The position numbers and the translations under genes were made by a program. Shown in pieces: positions 1 through 8,804 of a stretch of DNA of 64,000 nucleotides; the stretch's first letter is position 1, and every line of letters starts with the position of its first letter. The notes under the pieces are model-generated. The model was not told the DNA's origin and made no database searches. It worked only from the letters and a program-made list of their open reading frames with translations. The DNA is from an uncultured Acidobacteriota bacterium (GTDB lineage Bacteria; Acidobacteriota; UBA6911): positions 512,001 to 576,000 of the forward strand of contig CAWJKZ010000013.1 in the NCBI GenBank assembly GCA_963843575.1. Reading direction: 5' to 3'.

Positions 1-1145
1 CCCGGCCTGCTGTCGCCTACCGTGAAGTCGTTGGCAGGATACTTTCTCGCTGCGTCCGCGAGGGCGGCCACGGCCGTCGGATTGATGCCAACCTGTGGGA
101 ATGCCTGGTTCAACTGCGCGAGGGTCAGGATATTGGTCGAGCCGTCGCTCGATGTGTAGCGCATCGAACCCTCTCCGAGGATCGACAATGGCACGGTCCT
201 GACCACGGTCTGCTCACTAGTGTCCCCCCGGCCCTCATAGCTGTAGAAAAAGAAAAGCTTGTCCTTCTTGATCGGGCCTCCGATGGTGCCCCCGTACGTA
301 TTGCGTCTCAGCTTGGGACGAGGAATGGTCTGTTTGGTGAATTCGTCGACTGTGCGATTGTTGAAGAAATCATTGGCTGTGAAATTGGTGTCCCGCAGGT
401 ATTCGAAGACGCTACCATGAAAGTTGTTCGTTCCGCTCTTCGTCACCAGATTGACTTGAGCCGCAGAAGAGCGCCCCTGGTTCGCGTTCGGGTTGACCGT
501 GGTGACGCGGAATTCCTCGATCGCCTCGGAGTTGAGCCGCAGCACAGTGCTGTTCAACGAGCTCGTCTGCGCATCGTTGATGTCCACCCCGTCGAGCGTC
601 ACGTTCGATTGGTCGCTGCGGGCGCCTGCAACATAACCGTCGCGGGTGACGCCGGGTTGGAGCGTCAGGAGGGACGTGACGTTTCGAGCTTCCATCGGGA
701 GCTGTACGATCTGCTGGGTAACAAAGTTGTTTCCCAGGGTGGCATCCTGGGTATTCACGGCCACCATTCCGGCAGTGGCACTAACCAGAACTGTCTCCGA
801 AACGCTCCCGATTTCCAGCTTGATATTGATCTCAACCGACTGGTTCACGAGGGCGTGCACAGGGCTAACGATGGATTTTCGGAAGCCCTTGGCCTCAGCC
901 TCGACGCTGTAGTCTCCGACGGGAATCAGGTCAAAACTAAATCGGCCCATGTCCGTGGAAATCTGGTTGCGCGTGAGGTTAGTGTTGAGATTGGTGATAG
1001 TCAACGTCGCGCCCGGGATAATGGCCCCCTGGGGGTCCCTCACCTCACCGCGCAACGTGGAAGTGGCACCCTGCCCCCAGGCGGTGACGAACGATGCAGA
1101 CAGGAATGCACTGAACAAAATCAATATTACAGTCCCGCGTTTCAT
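1..1145 (-). CDS. TonB-dependent receptor, Oar/carboxypeptidase-regulatory-domain type (runs off the window start)
   Basis: Not in the ORF track. Translated by hand from ATG at 1145: MKRGTVILILFSAFLSASFVTAWGQGATSTLRGEVRDPQGAIIPGA...LDGVDIND...EAIEEFRVTT...VNLVTKSGTNNFHGSVFEYLRD...RNTYGGTIGGPIKKDKLFFFYSYEG. Signal peptide and family motifs present. Confidence 0.9.
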   Translation of the reverse strand, partial: MKRGTVILILFSAFLSASFVTAWGQGATSTLRGEVRDPQGAIIPGATLTITNLNTNLTRNQISTDMGRFSFDLIPVGDYSVEAEAKGFRKSIVSPVHALVNQSVEINIKLEIGSVSETVLVSATAGMVAVNTQDATLGNNFVTQQIVQLPMEARNVTSLLTLQPGVTRDGYVAGARSDQSNVTLDGVDINDAQTSSLNSTVLRLNSEAIEEFRVTTVNPNANQGRSSAAQVNLVTKSGTNNFHGSVFEYLRDTNFTANDFFNNRTVDEFTKQTIPRPKLRRNTYGGTIGGPIKKDKLFFFYSYEGRGDTSEQTVVRTVPLSILGEGSMRYTSSDGSTNILTLAQLNQAFPQVGINPTAVAALADAARKYPANDFTVGDSRP

Positions 1146-1383
1146 TTTTTGCTCCCTCGTAGAGCCCCTGTGATCTGACAGGTGATCCGATCGATCTTTG
1201 CGCATCCGATAAACCAGCTGTCCACTCGTTCGCTAATCCGTGCTGCACTTTATGCACACCCAAGACTCCAGCGACATTTCCCAATCCGCGGCCTGCGCCC
1301 GGTTAGGAAATCCGTCGGAGTCACTGGTGTCAGGCCGAAACAGCCAGTGCTTTGCCCTCGATGCAATCAGGACTTTATTGCGC

Positions 1384-1412
1384 AATCTATTTATAGGTAC
1401 TGCTGTTGTCAA
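1384..1412 (-). promoter_or_regulatory. Sigma70-type promoter for the TonB receptor
   Basis: Minus strand TTGACA-N17-TAGATT. The palindrome ATTGCGCAAT (1377-1386) overlaps the -10 box. Confidence 0.6.
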
Positions 1413-1539
1413 CTGCATTCTGGTTCGTGTCGGCCAGGGGCGAGCGCTGGAGCGCATTGGACGAAGCAGCCAACCCGCGGGCGACCGATGCGGTCCGAGG
1501 TGTGCAATACGATATTCATTCCCGGGGATGATGGACTAC

Positions 1540-2702
1540 TCAGGGGGGGCGCCCGCATACACGCGCGGGACGCGGGGACTGATGCCGCAGAGGACCTCGT
1601 AGCAGATCGTGTCGAGGGCGCGGGCCCAGGACTCGGCGTCGAACCGGCAGCGGCGGCTCGCGCCGAGGAGGATGACCTCGTCGCCCTTCACGCAAGTCCG
1701 GGAGGTGGGTGACGTCGGCCACGATCATGTCCATCGAAACTGTGCCGATGATGTCGGCGAGCGTGTCGTGCACGATGACTTTGGCCTTGCCCGACAGGCC
1801 GCGCCGGTAACCGTCGGCATAGCCTGCGGGGATGGTGGCCGCGAGGGTATCGCGGGCGGCGCAGAAGCGGCGGTTGTATCCGACGCTCTCCCCGGCCGCC
1901 ACGCGGTGCAGGCGCCCGACGCGGCTCTTCAGCGTCAGGACGGGTTGAAACGCGTCGGGAGGGCCGCCCTTGACCGGGGTGTAGCCGTACACCGCGATGC
2001 CGGGCCGGGCGCTCAGCCAGGAAAATTCCGGGAACTGCAGAAGTCCGGCGCTGTTGGCAAGGTGAATCTCCCCGGGTTCCAGTCCCGAGGAGCGGATGTC
2101 CCGGAGTGCGTGAGCGAAACGGAGGGCCTGCTCCCGCGTGAATGCGGGGTCCTCGTCGGCGGCCGCCAGGTGCGTGAACGCTCCGGCGACCCGGACATGC
2201 GGGGCGGCACGCAGCGCAGCCAGGAGGGGGGCGAGGTCTTTCCAGTGCACCCCCAGGCGCGACATCCCGGTGTCCACTTTGACGTGCACCCGGGCGGCGG
2301 AGTCCCGCTTCGCCGCTGCTTTCTCGAGACGTGTCACGGCGCCCGGGGAGAATGCGGCCAGGGTCAGGCCGTGCTCGAGGGCGTCCGCCTCCTGACCCGG
2401 CCACGCCCCCTCCAAGCACCAGGATCTCCTCCCGGATGCCGGCCTGAGCGCAGTTCGGCGGCCTCCTCGACGATGGCGACGGCGAAGGCGGTGGCCCCGG
2501 CGCGCGCGAGGGTGCGGGCTACCGGGACGGCGCCGTGGCCGTAGGCATCTCCTTTCAGGGCGGGGATGAGGCGCGGCGCGGGAGTGACGAGCTCAGGGGG
2601 CCTGCCGCGCCGCAGCAGCGCGTCGAGCTTGCGATAGTTCGCCGCGAGCGCGGCGAGATCGATCTCGGCCCATGTCGGCCGGGTTCCGGGCGGGAGGTCC
2701 AT
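1540..2702 (-). CDS. alr: Alanine racemase (frameshifted near 2415 and about 1680)
   Basis: RPTWAEIDLAALAANY...LKGDAYGHG (PLP lysine), VHVKVDTGMSRLG, GYADGY, GTVSMD across ORF pieces 2364-2702 and 1540-2415. Follows dnaB. Confidence 0.9.
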
Positions 2703-2709
2703 GACGTCC

Positions 2710-2785
2710 TTTCGAGTCTTCGAACCTTCGAGGCGGTTTCCAGAAGCCCGCGTCAGAGACTCCAGGACTTAAAGATTCTCGAAGA
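2710..2785. repeat. Imperfect inverted repeat of 8-nt tandem units (TCTTCGAG-like / CTCGAAGA-like)
   Basis: Left arm tttcgag-tcttcgaa-ccttcgag (2710-2732). Right arm ctccagga-cttaaaga-tt-ctcgaaga (2760-2785). Confidence 0.5.
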
Positions 2786-2799
2786 ACAACTGCGCTGCG

Positions 2800-4149
2800 T
2801 CAGCCTTCCTGCCACAGGTTGGCGAACTTGGTGTACTGCTTGATGAAGGCCAGCTGGAACGATCCGGTGGGGCCGTTGCGCTGTTTGCCGATGATCAGCT
2901 CGGCCACGCCGCTGTTTTCGTCGGTCGGGTTGAACATCTCCTCGCGGTAGATGAAGAGCACGACGTCGGCGTCCTGCTCGATCGAGCCGGACTCCCTGAG
3001 ATCGGACAACTGCGGCCGATGGTCGCCCTTGCGCGATTCGACGGCACGGTTGAGCTGCGAGATCGCGATGACCGGGATGCCCAGCTCCTTGGCAAGGCCC
3101 TTGAGCCCGCGGGAGATCTGCGAGATTTCCTGGGTCCGGTTCTCGTAGCGCTGGTTGGAGCCGGACATCAGCTGGAGGTAGTCGACGATCAGCAGGCTCG
3201 AGGCCGTGTTCGACGAGCAGCCGCCGGGCCTTTGAGCGCATCTCCATCATGGAGAGACCGGCGCTGTCGTCGATGAAGATCTTGGACTGCGACAGCGCCC
3301 CGGCGGCGTGTCCGAGCCGGCTCCAGTCCTCCTTGGCAGGAAGCCGGTGTTGACCTTGTGCGCGTCGATCTCGGCCTCGGCGCACAGCAGTCTCTTGACG
3401 AGCTGCTCCTTGCTCATTTCCAGGCTGAAGATGCCGATGGTCTGGCCCTTCTTCAGGGCGGCGTGCTGTGCGATGTTCAGGCACAGGCTCGTCTTGCCCA
3501 GGCCGGGCCGGGCGGCGATGATGATCAGGTCGGACGGGTGCAGGCCGGCGGTCATCTTGTCGAGCTCCGTGAAACCGGTTTCGAGCCCGGTGACCAGCGA
3601 CTTCCGGTTGGCGACCTCCTCGATCTGCTTGTAGACCGCGCTGACGAGGGGGTCGATGGCGGTGAATCCCGATCGGAACTGCTGGTTGGAGAGGTCGAAG
3701 ACCGACTTCTCGACTGCCTCCAGGATCTCCTCGGACGTCTCCTGGCTCTGCAGGCTGCGGGTCATGATCTCGTTCGAGATCTGGATCAGGCGCCGGAGCG
3801 TCGCCTTCTCCTTGACGATCTGCGCGTAGTGCTCGATGTTGACGGCCCGCGGCAGCCCGTCGGTGAGGCTGGCGAGATAGGCGGGGCCGCCGGCGCTTTC
3901 GAGTTCGTCGCTGCGCTGCAGTTCGTTCTTGAGGGTGACGAGGTCGACGGGGCGGGCGTTGGCGGCAAGCGCGTACATCTTGTCGAAGATGCGGCGGTGG
4001 CTCTCGAGGTAGAAGTCCTCCTTGCGCAGCTTTTCGATGACGGTGAAGAGGGCCTTGTCGTCGAGCAGGATCGCCCCGAGCACCGAACGTTCCGCTTCCA
4101 GGTTGTTCGGCAGAGTTTTTTCGAGGCTGAAGTCCGCAGGCATGGGCAT
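2800..4149 (-). CDS. dnaB: Replicative DNA helicase (frameshifted near 3330 and 3195)
   Basis: [18 protein letters not shown], Walker [28 protein letters not shown]...[29 protein letters not shown]. Confidence 0.95.
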
Positions 4150-4275
4150 GATGATGAGCGCGATTTTTCAGTGCTGAGAATGCCGCAATTCTACACGACG
4201 GGAGAGCGGAGGAAAGGAGTATTTTGCGCCGGCGGAGGCGCGGCCGGCCGTCGCGGGCCGGCCGCTCTCGGCATG

Positions 4276-4734
4276 CTATTCGGCGGACTCGGGTTCTGCC
4301 TCGACGATCACCCGGATGGGGACGGTCACTTCGCGGTGCAGGCGGATCGGGACCTGGTATTCGCCGACGGTCTTGATGGGATCTTCGAGCTGAATCTTCC
4401 GCTTGTCGATGTCGATCTTGTGCGTGACCAGGTAGTCGGCGATGTCGATAGCGGTGACGGAACCGTACAGGGCGCCTTCCTCGCCGGCTTTGCGGCGCAC
4501 GGTTACGACCAGCTTGACGATGTCGCGGGCCAGCAGGCTGGCGGCCGTCTTGTCGCGCTGGTCGCGCCGGGCGTTGGCCAGGCTTTCGATTTCCATGATC
4601 TTAACGTTGCCCGGGGTGGCCTCGACGGCGATCTTCATCGGAATCAGGAAATTCCGGCCGTAGCCCGGGGCGACCTTCACGATGTCGCCCGCCTTGCCGA
4701 GCTTGTCCACGTCCTGTTTCAAAATGACCTTCAT
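4276..4734 (-). CDS. rplI: 50S ribosomal protein L9
   Basis: MKVILKQDVDKLGKAGDIVKVAPGYGRNFLIP...LYGSVT. Confidence 0.97.
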   Translation of the reverse strand: MKVILKQDVDKLGKAGDIVKVAPGYGRNFLIPMKIAVEATPGNVKIMEIESLANARRDQRDKTAASLLARDIVKLVVTVRRKAGEEGALYGSVTAIDIADYLVTHKIDIDKRKIQLEDPIKTVGEYQVPIRLHREVTVPIRVIVEAEPESAE

Positions 4735-4757
4735 GGTTCACCCTCTCAGTAGACGGT

Positions 4758-4991
4758 TCAGTCCGCAACGAACGGGATAATGGCCAGGTGCCGGGCCCGC
4801 TTGATCGCCTCCGACAGCTGGCGCTGGTGCGTCGAGCAGACTCCGCTGATCCTGCGCGGCAGGATCTTGCCCCGTTCGGGGATGAAGTGGGACAGCAGTT
4901 TCCCGTCCTTGAAGTCGATGTAGGTGATCTTCTCTGCACAGAACTTGCAGATCCTCTTGCGTCGGATCGAAAACCTTTTGGGCGCTGGCAT
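4758..4991 (-). CDS. rpsR: 30S ribosomal protein S18 (zinc-binding CxxC...CxxH form)
   Basis: RRKRICKFC...IDFKD...[29 protein letters not shown]. Confidence 0.97.
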   Translation of the reverse strand: MPAPKRFSIRRKRICKFCAEKITYIDFKDGKLLSHFIPERGKILPRRISGVCSTHQRQLSEAIKRARHLAIIPFVAD

Positions 4992-5072
4992 GTCTTGACC
5001 TTTCTGTCGAGATTCGAGCTCCGGAAGCCGGGTCCGCCCGCCTTCCGTGGGTGCTGCGGCCGGCAGCCGCCT

Positions 5073-5465
5073 TTACACGGCGGCTTCCGGCCCGGGTCCC
5101 GCCTGCGGCGGCGCCGCGGGGGCCTTGGAGGCGGACTTCCTCTGGCGCATCGCCTTCAGTTTTTCTGAACGCTTCAGGTCTTCGTCGATCCGCACCGAAA
5201 GGAAGCGGATCACGTAGTCCGTCACGCGGAACCGACGCTCCAGCTCGGCTATGGTCGCCCCGTCCGCCTCGAGCGTCAGGACCACGTAGTAGCCGTCCCG
5301 GAATTTCTTGATCTTGTACGCGAGGGACTTCTTCCCCCAATTGTCGACTTTCACCACCTTGCCGTTGCGCCCTTCCACCACGGACTGCATCAGGTTGATG
5401 AAGGCGTCCAGCTCTTCCGTCGAAATCGTCGGAACGGCGATGAAAACGACCTCGTAAGTTCGCAC
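5073..5465 (-). CDS. rpsF: 30S ribosomal protein S6
   Basis: GTG start after AAGGAG. RTYEVVFI...WGKKSLAYKIKKFRDGYY...VIRFL. Confidence 0.95.
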   Translation of the reverse strand: MRTYEVVFIAVPTISTEELDAFINLMQSVVEGRNGKVVKVDNWGKKSLAYKIKKFRDGYYVVLTLEADGATIAELERRFRVTDYVIRFLSVRIDEDLKRSEKLKAMRQRKSASKAPAAPPQAGPGPEAAV

Positions 5466-5487
5466 GGTTCTATTCTCCTTTTGCACT

Positions 5488-6075
5488 TTACGCGTTAAAA
5501 ACCGACATCGCCCGTTCCACCCCCGCGCTCAGGATCGTTCTGACGGCGGCGACGGCCTTATCGATCATTTCCTTGAACTCCGGTGCGCTCGTCTCGGGAA
5601 GGTCCGCCAGGACGAAATCGGCCATGTCCGTAGGCATGTTCTCTTCCCCCACGCCGAGCCGCACGCGCGGGACCTCTTCCGATGCCAGGGCGGACAACAC
5701 CGATTCCAGCCCCCGGTGCCCGCCGGCGGAGCCCCTGGCCCGCACCCGGATGCGGCCCAGCGGCAGATTGACGTCGTCGAGCAGAACCACGATATCCTGC
5801 GGGACCAGCCCGAGGTCCTGCGCCAGCGCCGCGACGGTCGCGCCGCTGAGATTCATATAAGTCTGCGGCTTCACCAGGAGCGCCGGGCGGCTCTCTATCG
5901 AGATCTGCGCCACCAGCGCCCGCCAGCGGGCCTGCCACATCGGGTCGCCCGCGTCGCGGACGAGCCGGTCGACGGTCATGAATCCGGCGTTGTGGCGGGT
6001 GCGGGCATATTTCGCGCCCGGGTTTCCCAGCCCGACAACCACGCCGGGGTTCACGGCCGCGCCGTCCGGGCTCAC
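5488..6075 (-). CDS. pth: Peptidyl-tRNA hydrolase
   Basis: VVGLGNPGAKYARTRHNAGF, KPQTYMNLSG, GSAGGHRGL. Confidence 0.95.
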   Translation of the reverse strand: MSPDGAAVNPGVVVGLGNPGAKYARTRHNAGFMTVDRLVRDAGDPMWQARWRALVAQISIESRPALLVKPQTYMNLSGATVAALAQDLGLVPQDIVVLLDDVNLPLGRIRVRARGSAGGHRGLESVLSALASEEVPRVRLGVGEENMPTDMADFVLADLPETSAPEFKEMIDKAVAAVRTILSAGVERAMSVFNA

Positions 6076-6743
6076 TTCTTTTCTTCTGGGGTCGCCGCCT
6101 CGCCCTCCTCGACCACCTTGCCCTTCTTGATGACCTCGGGCTCCGCAGTCTCCGCGGGCGCCTCGACCACCGGCTCCTCTTCCTTGATCGGGGCACGATC
6201 GTGACGATCACGACTTCGGGTTCGGTGAGGATCTTCACCTTCGGGTCGGCGGGGAGGTTCTTGACCCGGATGTAGTCGTTGATCTTCAGCGCCGTCACAT
6301 CGACCTTGATCGAATCCGGGATGTCCGAGGGCAGGCACTCGACGTCGATGGAGCGGGTCACGATGTCCATCAGGCCGCCGTCGAGTTTCACCCCTTCGGC
6401 TTCGCCCACGATCTCGACGTTGACGCTCAGCTCGAAGCAGCCGGTCCATGGCGATTTCCAGCAGATCGGAGTGGATCAGATTTCCTTTGACCGGATCGAG
6501 CTGGTACTGCTTCACCATCGCGTTCACGGGAGGGTGTCCCTCGAGGGTGACCGTGAAGATCGTGTTCCGGCCGCTGTCGGAGTACAGGATGTCGCCCAGG
6601 GCTTCGGGATCGACGCTGACCGGCAGGGGTTCCTTGCCGGGGCCGTAGATCACGGCCGGGATCCTCCCGGCCTTGCGCATGCGCCGGTTCGCGTTCTTCC
6701 CTTCGGGAGTTCGCCGAGTTGCTTGAATCTCAGTCTGCGCCAT
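6072..6743 (-). CDS. rplY: 50S ribosomal protein L25/Ctc (internal frameshifts near 6435 and 6195)
   Basis: GKNANRRMRKAGRIPAVIYG...YQLDPVKGNLIHSD, continuing in another frame GEAEGVKLDGG...VECLPSDIPDSIKVDVT. Sits between prs and pth. Confidence 0.92.
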   Translation of the reverse strand: MAQTEIQATRRTPEGKNANRRMRKAGRIPAVIYGPGKEPLPVSVDPEALGDILYSDSGRNTIFTVTLEGHPPVNAMVKQYQLDPVKGNLIHSDLLEIAMDRLLRAERQRRDRGRSRRGETRRRPDGHRDPLHRRRVPALGHPGFDQGRCDGAEDQRLHPGQEPPRRPEGEDPHRTRSRDRHDRAPIKEEEPVVEAPAETAEPEVIKKGKVVEEGEAATPEEKK

Positions 6744-6760
6744 GGAAAAAAACTCCTTCT

Positions 6761-7708
6761 TTACACAAAGAGGTTGCTCACGCTCGTTTCGTCGTGAATG
6801 CTCCGGATCGCCTCCGCCAGCAGTTCCGCCACGCTCAGCACCTTCATGTTGGGCAGGATCTGCGACGCACTCAGAGGCACCGTGTTGGTGAGGATGATCT
6901 CGTCGATGGGGGTTTCCTTCAGCCTCTCGAAGGCGGGCCCGCTCAGCACTCCGTGCGTGGCGCAGGCAAAGACCTGTCTGGCCTTCTGCTTCCGGAGCGC
7001 CACGACCGTGTTGACCAGCGTGCCGGCGGTGTCGATCATGTCGTCGCAGATGATGACGTTCCTGCCGCCCACGTGCCCGATGACGTGCATGACCTCGGCC
7101 CGGTTCGGGGCCGTTCGCCGCTTGTCGACGACGGCGAGGTCGGCGTTGAGCCGCTTGGCGAAGGCGCGGGCCCGCTCGACGCCGCCGGCGTCGGGGGAAA
7201 CCATCGTCAGGTCCTGGACGTTGAGTTTCTGGATGTAGTCGATCAGCACCGGAGCCGCGTACAGGTGGTCGACCGGGATGTTGAAGAAACCCTGGATCTG
7301 GCCCGCGTGCAGGTCCATCGCCAGGATCCGGTTCGTCCCGGCGGCCGTGAGGAGGTCGGCGACGAGCTTCGACGATATCGGGACGCGCGGCTTGTCCTTG
7401 CGGTCCTGCCGCGCGTACCCGTAATACGGGATGACCGCCGTGATCCGCGCCGCCGAGGAACGCTTGAACGCGTCGATCATGATCAGCAGTTCCATTACGT
7501 TGTCGTTGACCGGGCAGCAGGTCGGCTGGATGACGAAGACGTCCTTCCCGCGCACGTTCTCGAGTATCTGGAAGTAAAGTTCGCCGTCGCTGAACGTCGT
7601 CAGGGCGGCCTTGCCGAGAGGGATTTCCAGGTGTTCGCAGATGTCGGCAGCTAGCGCAGGATTGGCATTTCCGGAGAAGACCTTAAGTTCGCGATGACGT
7701 GTGCTCAT
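6761..7708 (-). CDS. prs: Ribose-phosphate pyrophosphokinase
   Basis: LKVFSGNANPALA, FSDGE, PYYGYARQDRK, DLHAGQIQGFF, VSPDAGGVERAR, DDMIDTAGT. Confidence 0.97.
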   Translation of the reverse strand: MSTRHRELKVFSGNANPALAADICEHLEIPLGKAALTTFSDGELYFQILENVRGKDVFVIQPTCCPVNDNVMELLIMIDAFKRSSAARITAVIPYYGYARQDRKDKPRVPISSKLVADLLTAAGTNRILAMDLHAGQIQGFFNIPVDHLYAAPVLIDYIQKLNVQDLTMVSPDAGGVERARAFAKRLNADLAVVDKRRTAPNRAEVMHVIGHVGGRNVIICDDMIDTAGTLVNTVVALRKQKARQVFACATHGVLSGPAFERLKETPIDEIILTNTVPLSASQILPNMKVLSVAELLAEAIRSIHDETSVSNLFV

Positions 7709-7740
7709 GATTCCGGTACTGTCCCTGGAGTGTGGCGTGT

Positions 7741-7815
7741 TGGCTGGGGCGGGAGGATTCGAACCTCCGAATGCAGGTTCCAAAGACCTGTGTCTTACCG
7801 CTTGACGACGCCCCA
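7741..7815 (-). tRNA. tRNA-Gln (TTG)
   Basis: Reverse complement TGGGGCGTCGTCAAGCGGTAAGACACAGGTCTTTGGAACCTGCATTCGGAGGTTCGAATCCTCCCGCCCCAGCCA: cloverleaf, TTG anticodon, GTTCGAATC T-loop, encoded CCA. Classic ispE-tRNA-Gln-prs position. Confidence 0.97.
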
Positions 7816-7903
7816 GCAATATCGTTTTGCGCCGAGCGCAGGCGCACGACCGGGTTGCCTGCACGGGCATCCCAAAAACCGCCCCGCAGCCGGCGCGGTC
7901 CGG

Positions 7904-8785
7904 CTACCCAAACATCTGGCTGAGATAATCAGAGCGTGAAAGGGTCTTCGCCGGAAACACCCGCCAGCCATCCCGCGCCACGGCGCGGGATGCTGCGAGA
8001 GCTGACTCCTCATCCAAGAAGAATCCGAAGACGGCAGATCCGCTGCCCGACATACGGACCGCCGTGGCCCCCTGCTGAAGCAGGGATTCCATGGCTTGCC
8101 TGATCGCCGGACGGGCAGGGAGGATCGAAGTCTCGAAATCGTTAAAGAACCCGGTCGCGCAGGCGCTTGCTCCCTGCAGGCGGCCACAGAAACTTTGAAT
8201 TTTATGAGCGCCCGCCTGTGATGTCAATCCGAATCTCAAGGAGGCGTACGCTTCGGCGGTCGAAACCCCCTCGCCCGGGTAGACAACGACCAGGTTCGAC
8301 GGGGGGATCGCGGGCAGGGGGTAGATCTCGTCTCCCCTGCCGACGCCGAGCGCGGTCCCGCCGTGGAGGAAAAACGGCACATCCGCGCCGAGGCTCGAAG
8401 CCAACGCCCTGAGTTCCGGCTCGTCCAGTTCGACACCCCACAGCCTCTGCAGGCCGAGCAGCGCCGCCGCCGCGTTGCTGCTCCCGCCGCCGAGACCCGC
8501 TCCCACCGGGATGCTCTTGCGCAGGGTGATGTGCGCACCCTGCGCGACCGCCGCGGCGCTCCGGAGCGCGGCGGCAGCTTTCCAGGCCAGGTTTTGCTCC
8601 GCGGGGACGCCCGGCAGACCGGAGCACTCGAGCCGCAGCAAGGCGGCGGGGCTAAATTCGAGCGTGTCGTGCAGGTCGATCGACTGAAAGACGGTGCGGA
8701 TTTCGTGGTAGCCGTCGGGCCTCCTGGCGAGCACGGCCAGGGCGAGATTGACCTTCGCGAATGAACGAACGTGCAATGGGATCAC
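7904..8785 (-). CDS. ispE: 4-diphosphocytidyl-2-C-methyl-D-erythritol kinase
   Basis: AKVNLALAVLARRPDGYHEIRTVFQ, KSIPVGAGLGGGSSNAA, LGADVPFF, MSGSGSAVFG. Confidence 0.96.
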   Translation of the reverse strand: MIPLHVRSFAKVNLALAVLARRPDGYHEIRTVFQSIDLHDTLEFSPAALLRLECSGLPGVPAEQNLAWKAAAALRSAAAVAQGAHITLRKSIPVGAGLGGGSSNAAAALLGLQRLWGVELDEPELRALASSLGADVPFFLHGGTALGVGRGDEIYPLPAIPPSNLVVVYPGEGVSTAEAYASLRFGLTSQAGAHKIQSFCGRLQGASACATGFFNDFETSILPARPAIRQAMESLLQQGATAVRMSGSGSAVFGFFLDEESALAASRAVARDGWRVFPAKTLSRSDYLSQMFG

Positions 8786-8804
8786 GGGCTGTGGCAGCCG
8801 CCGT

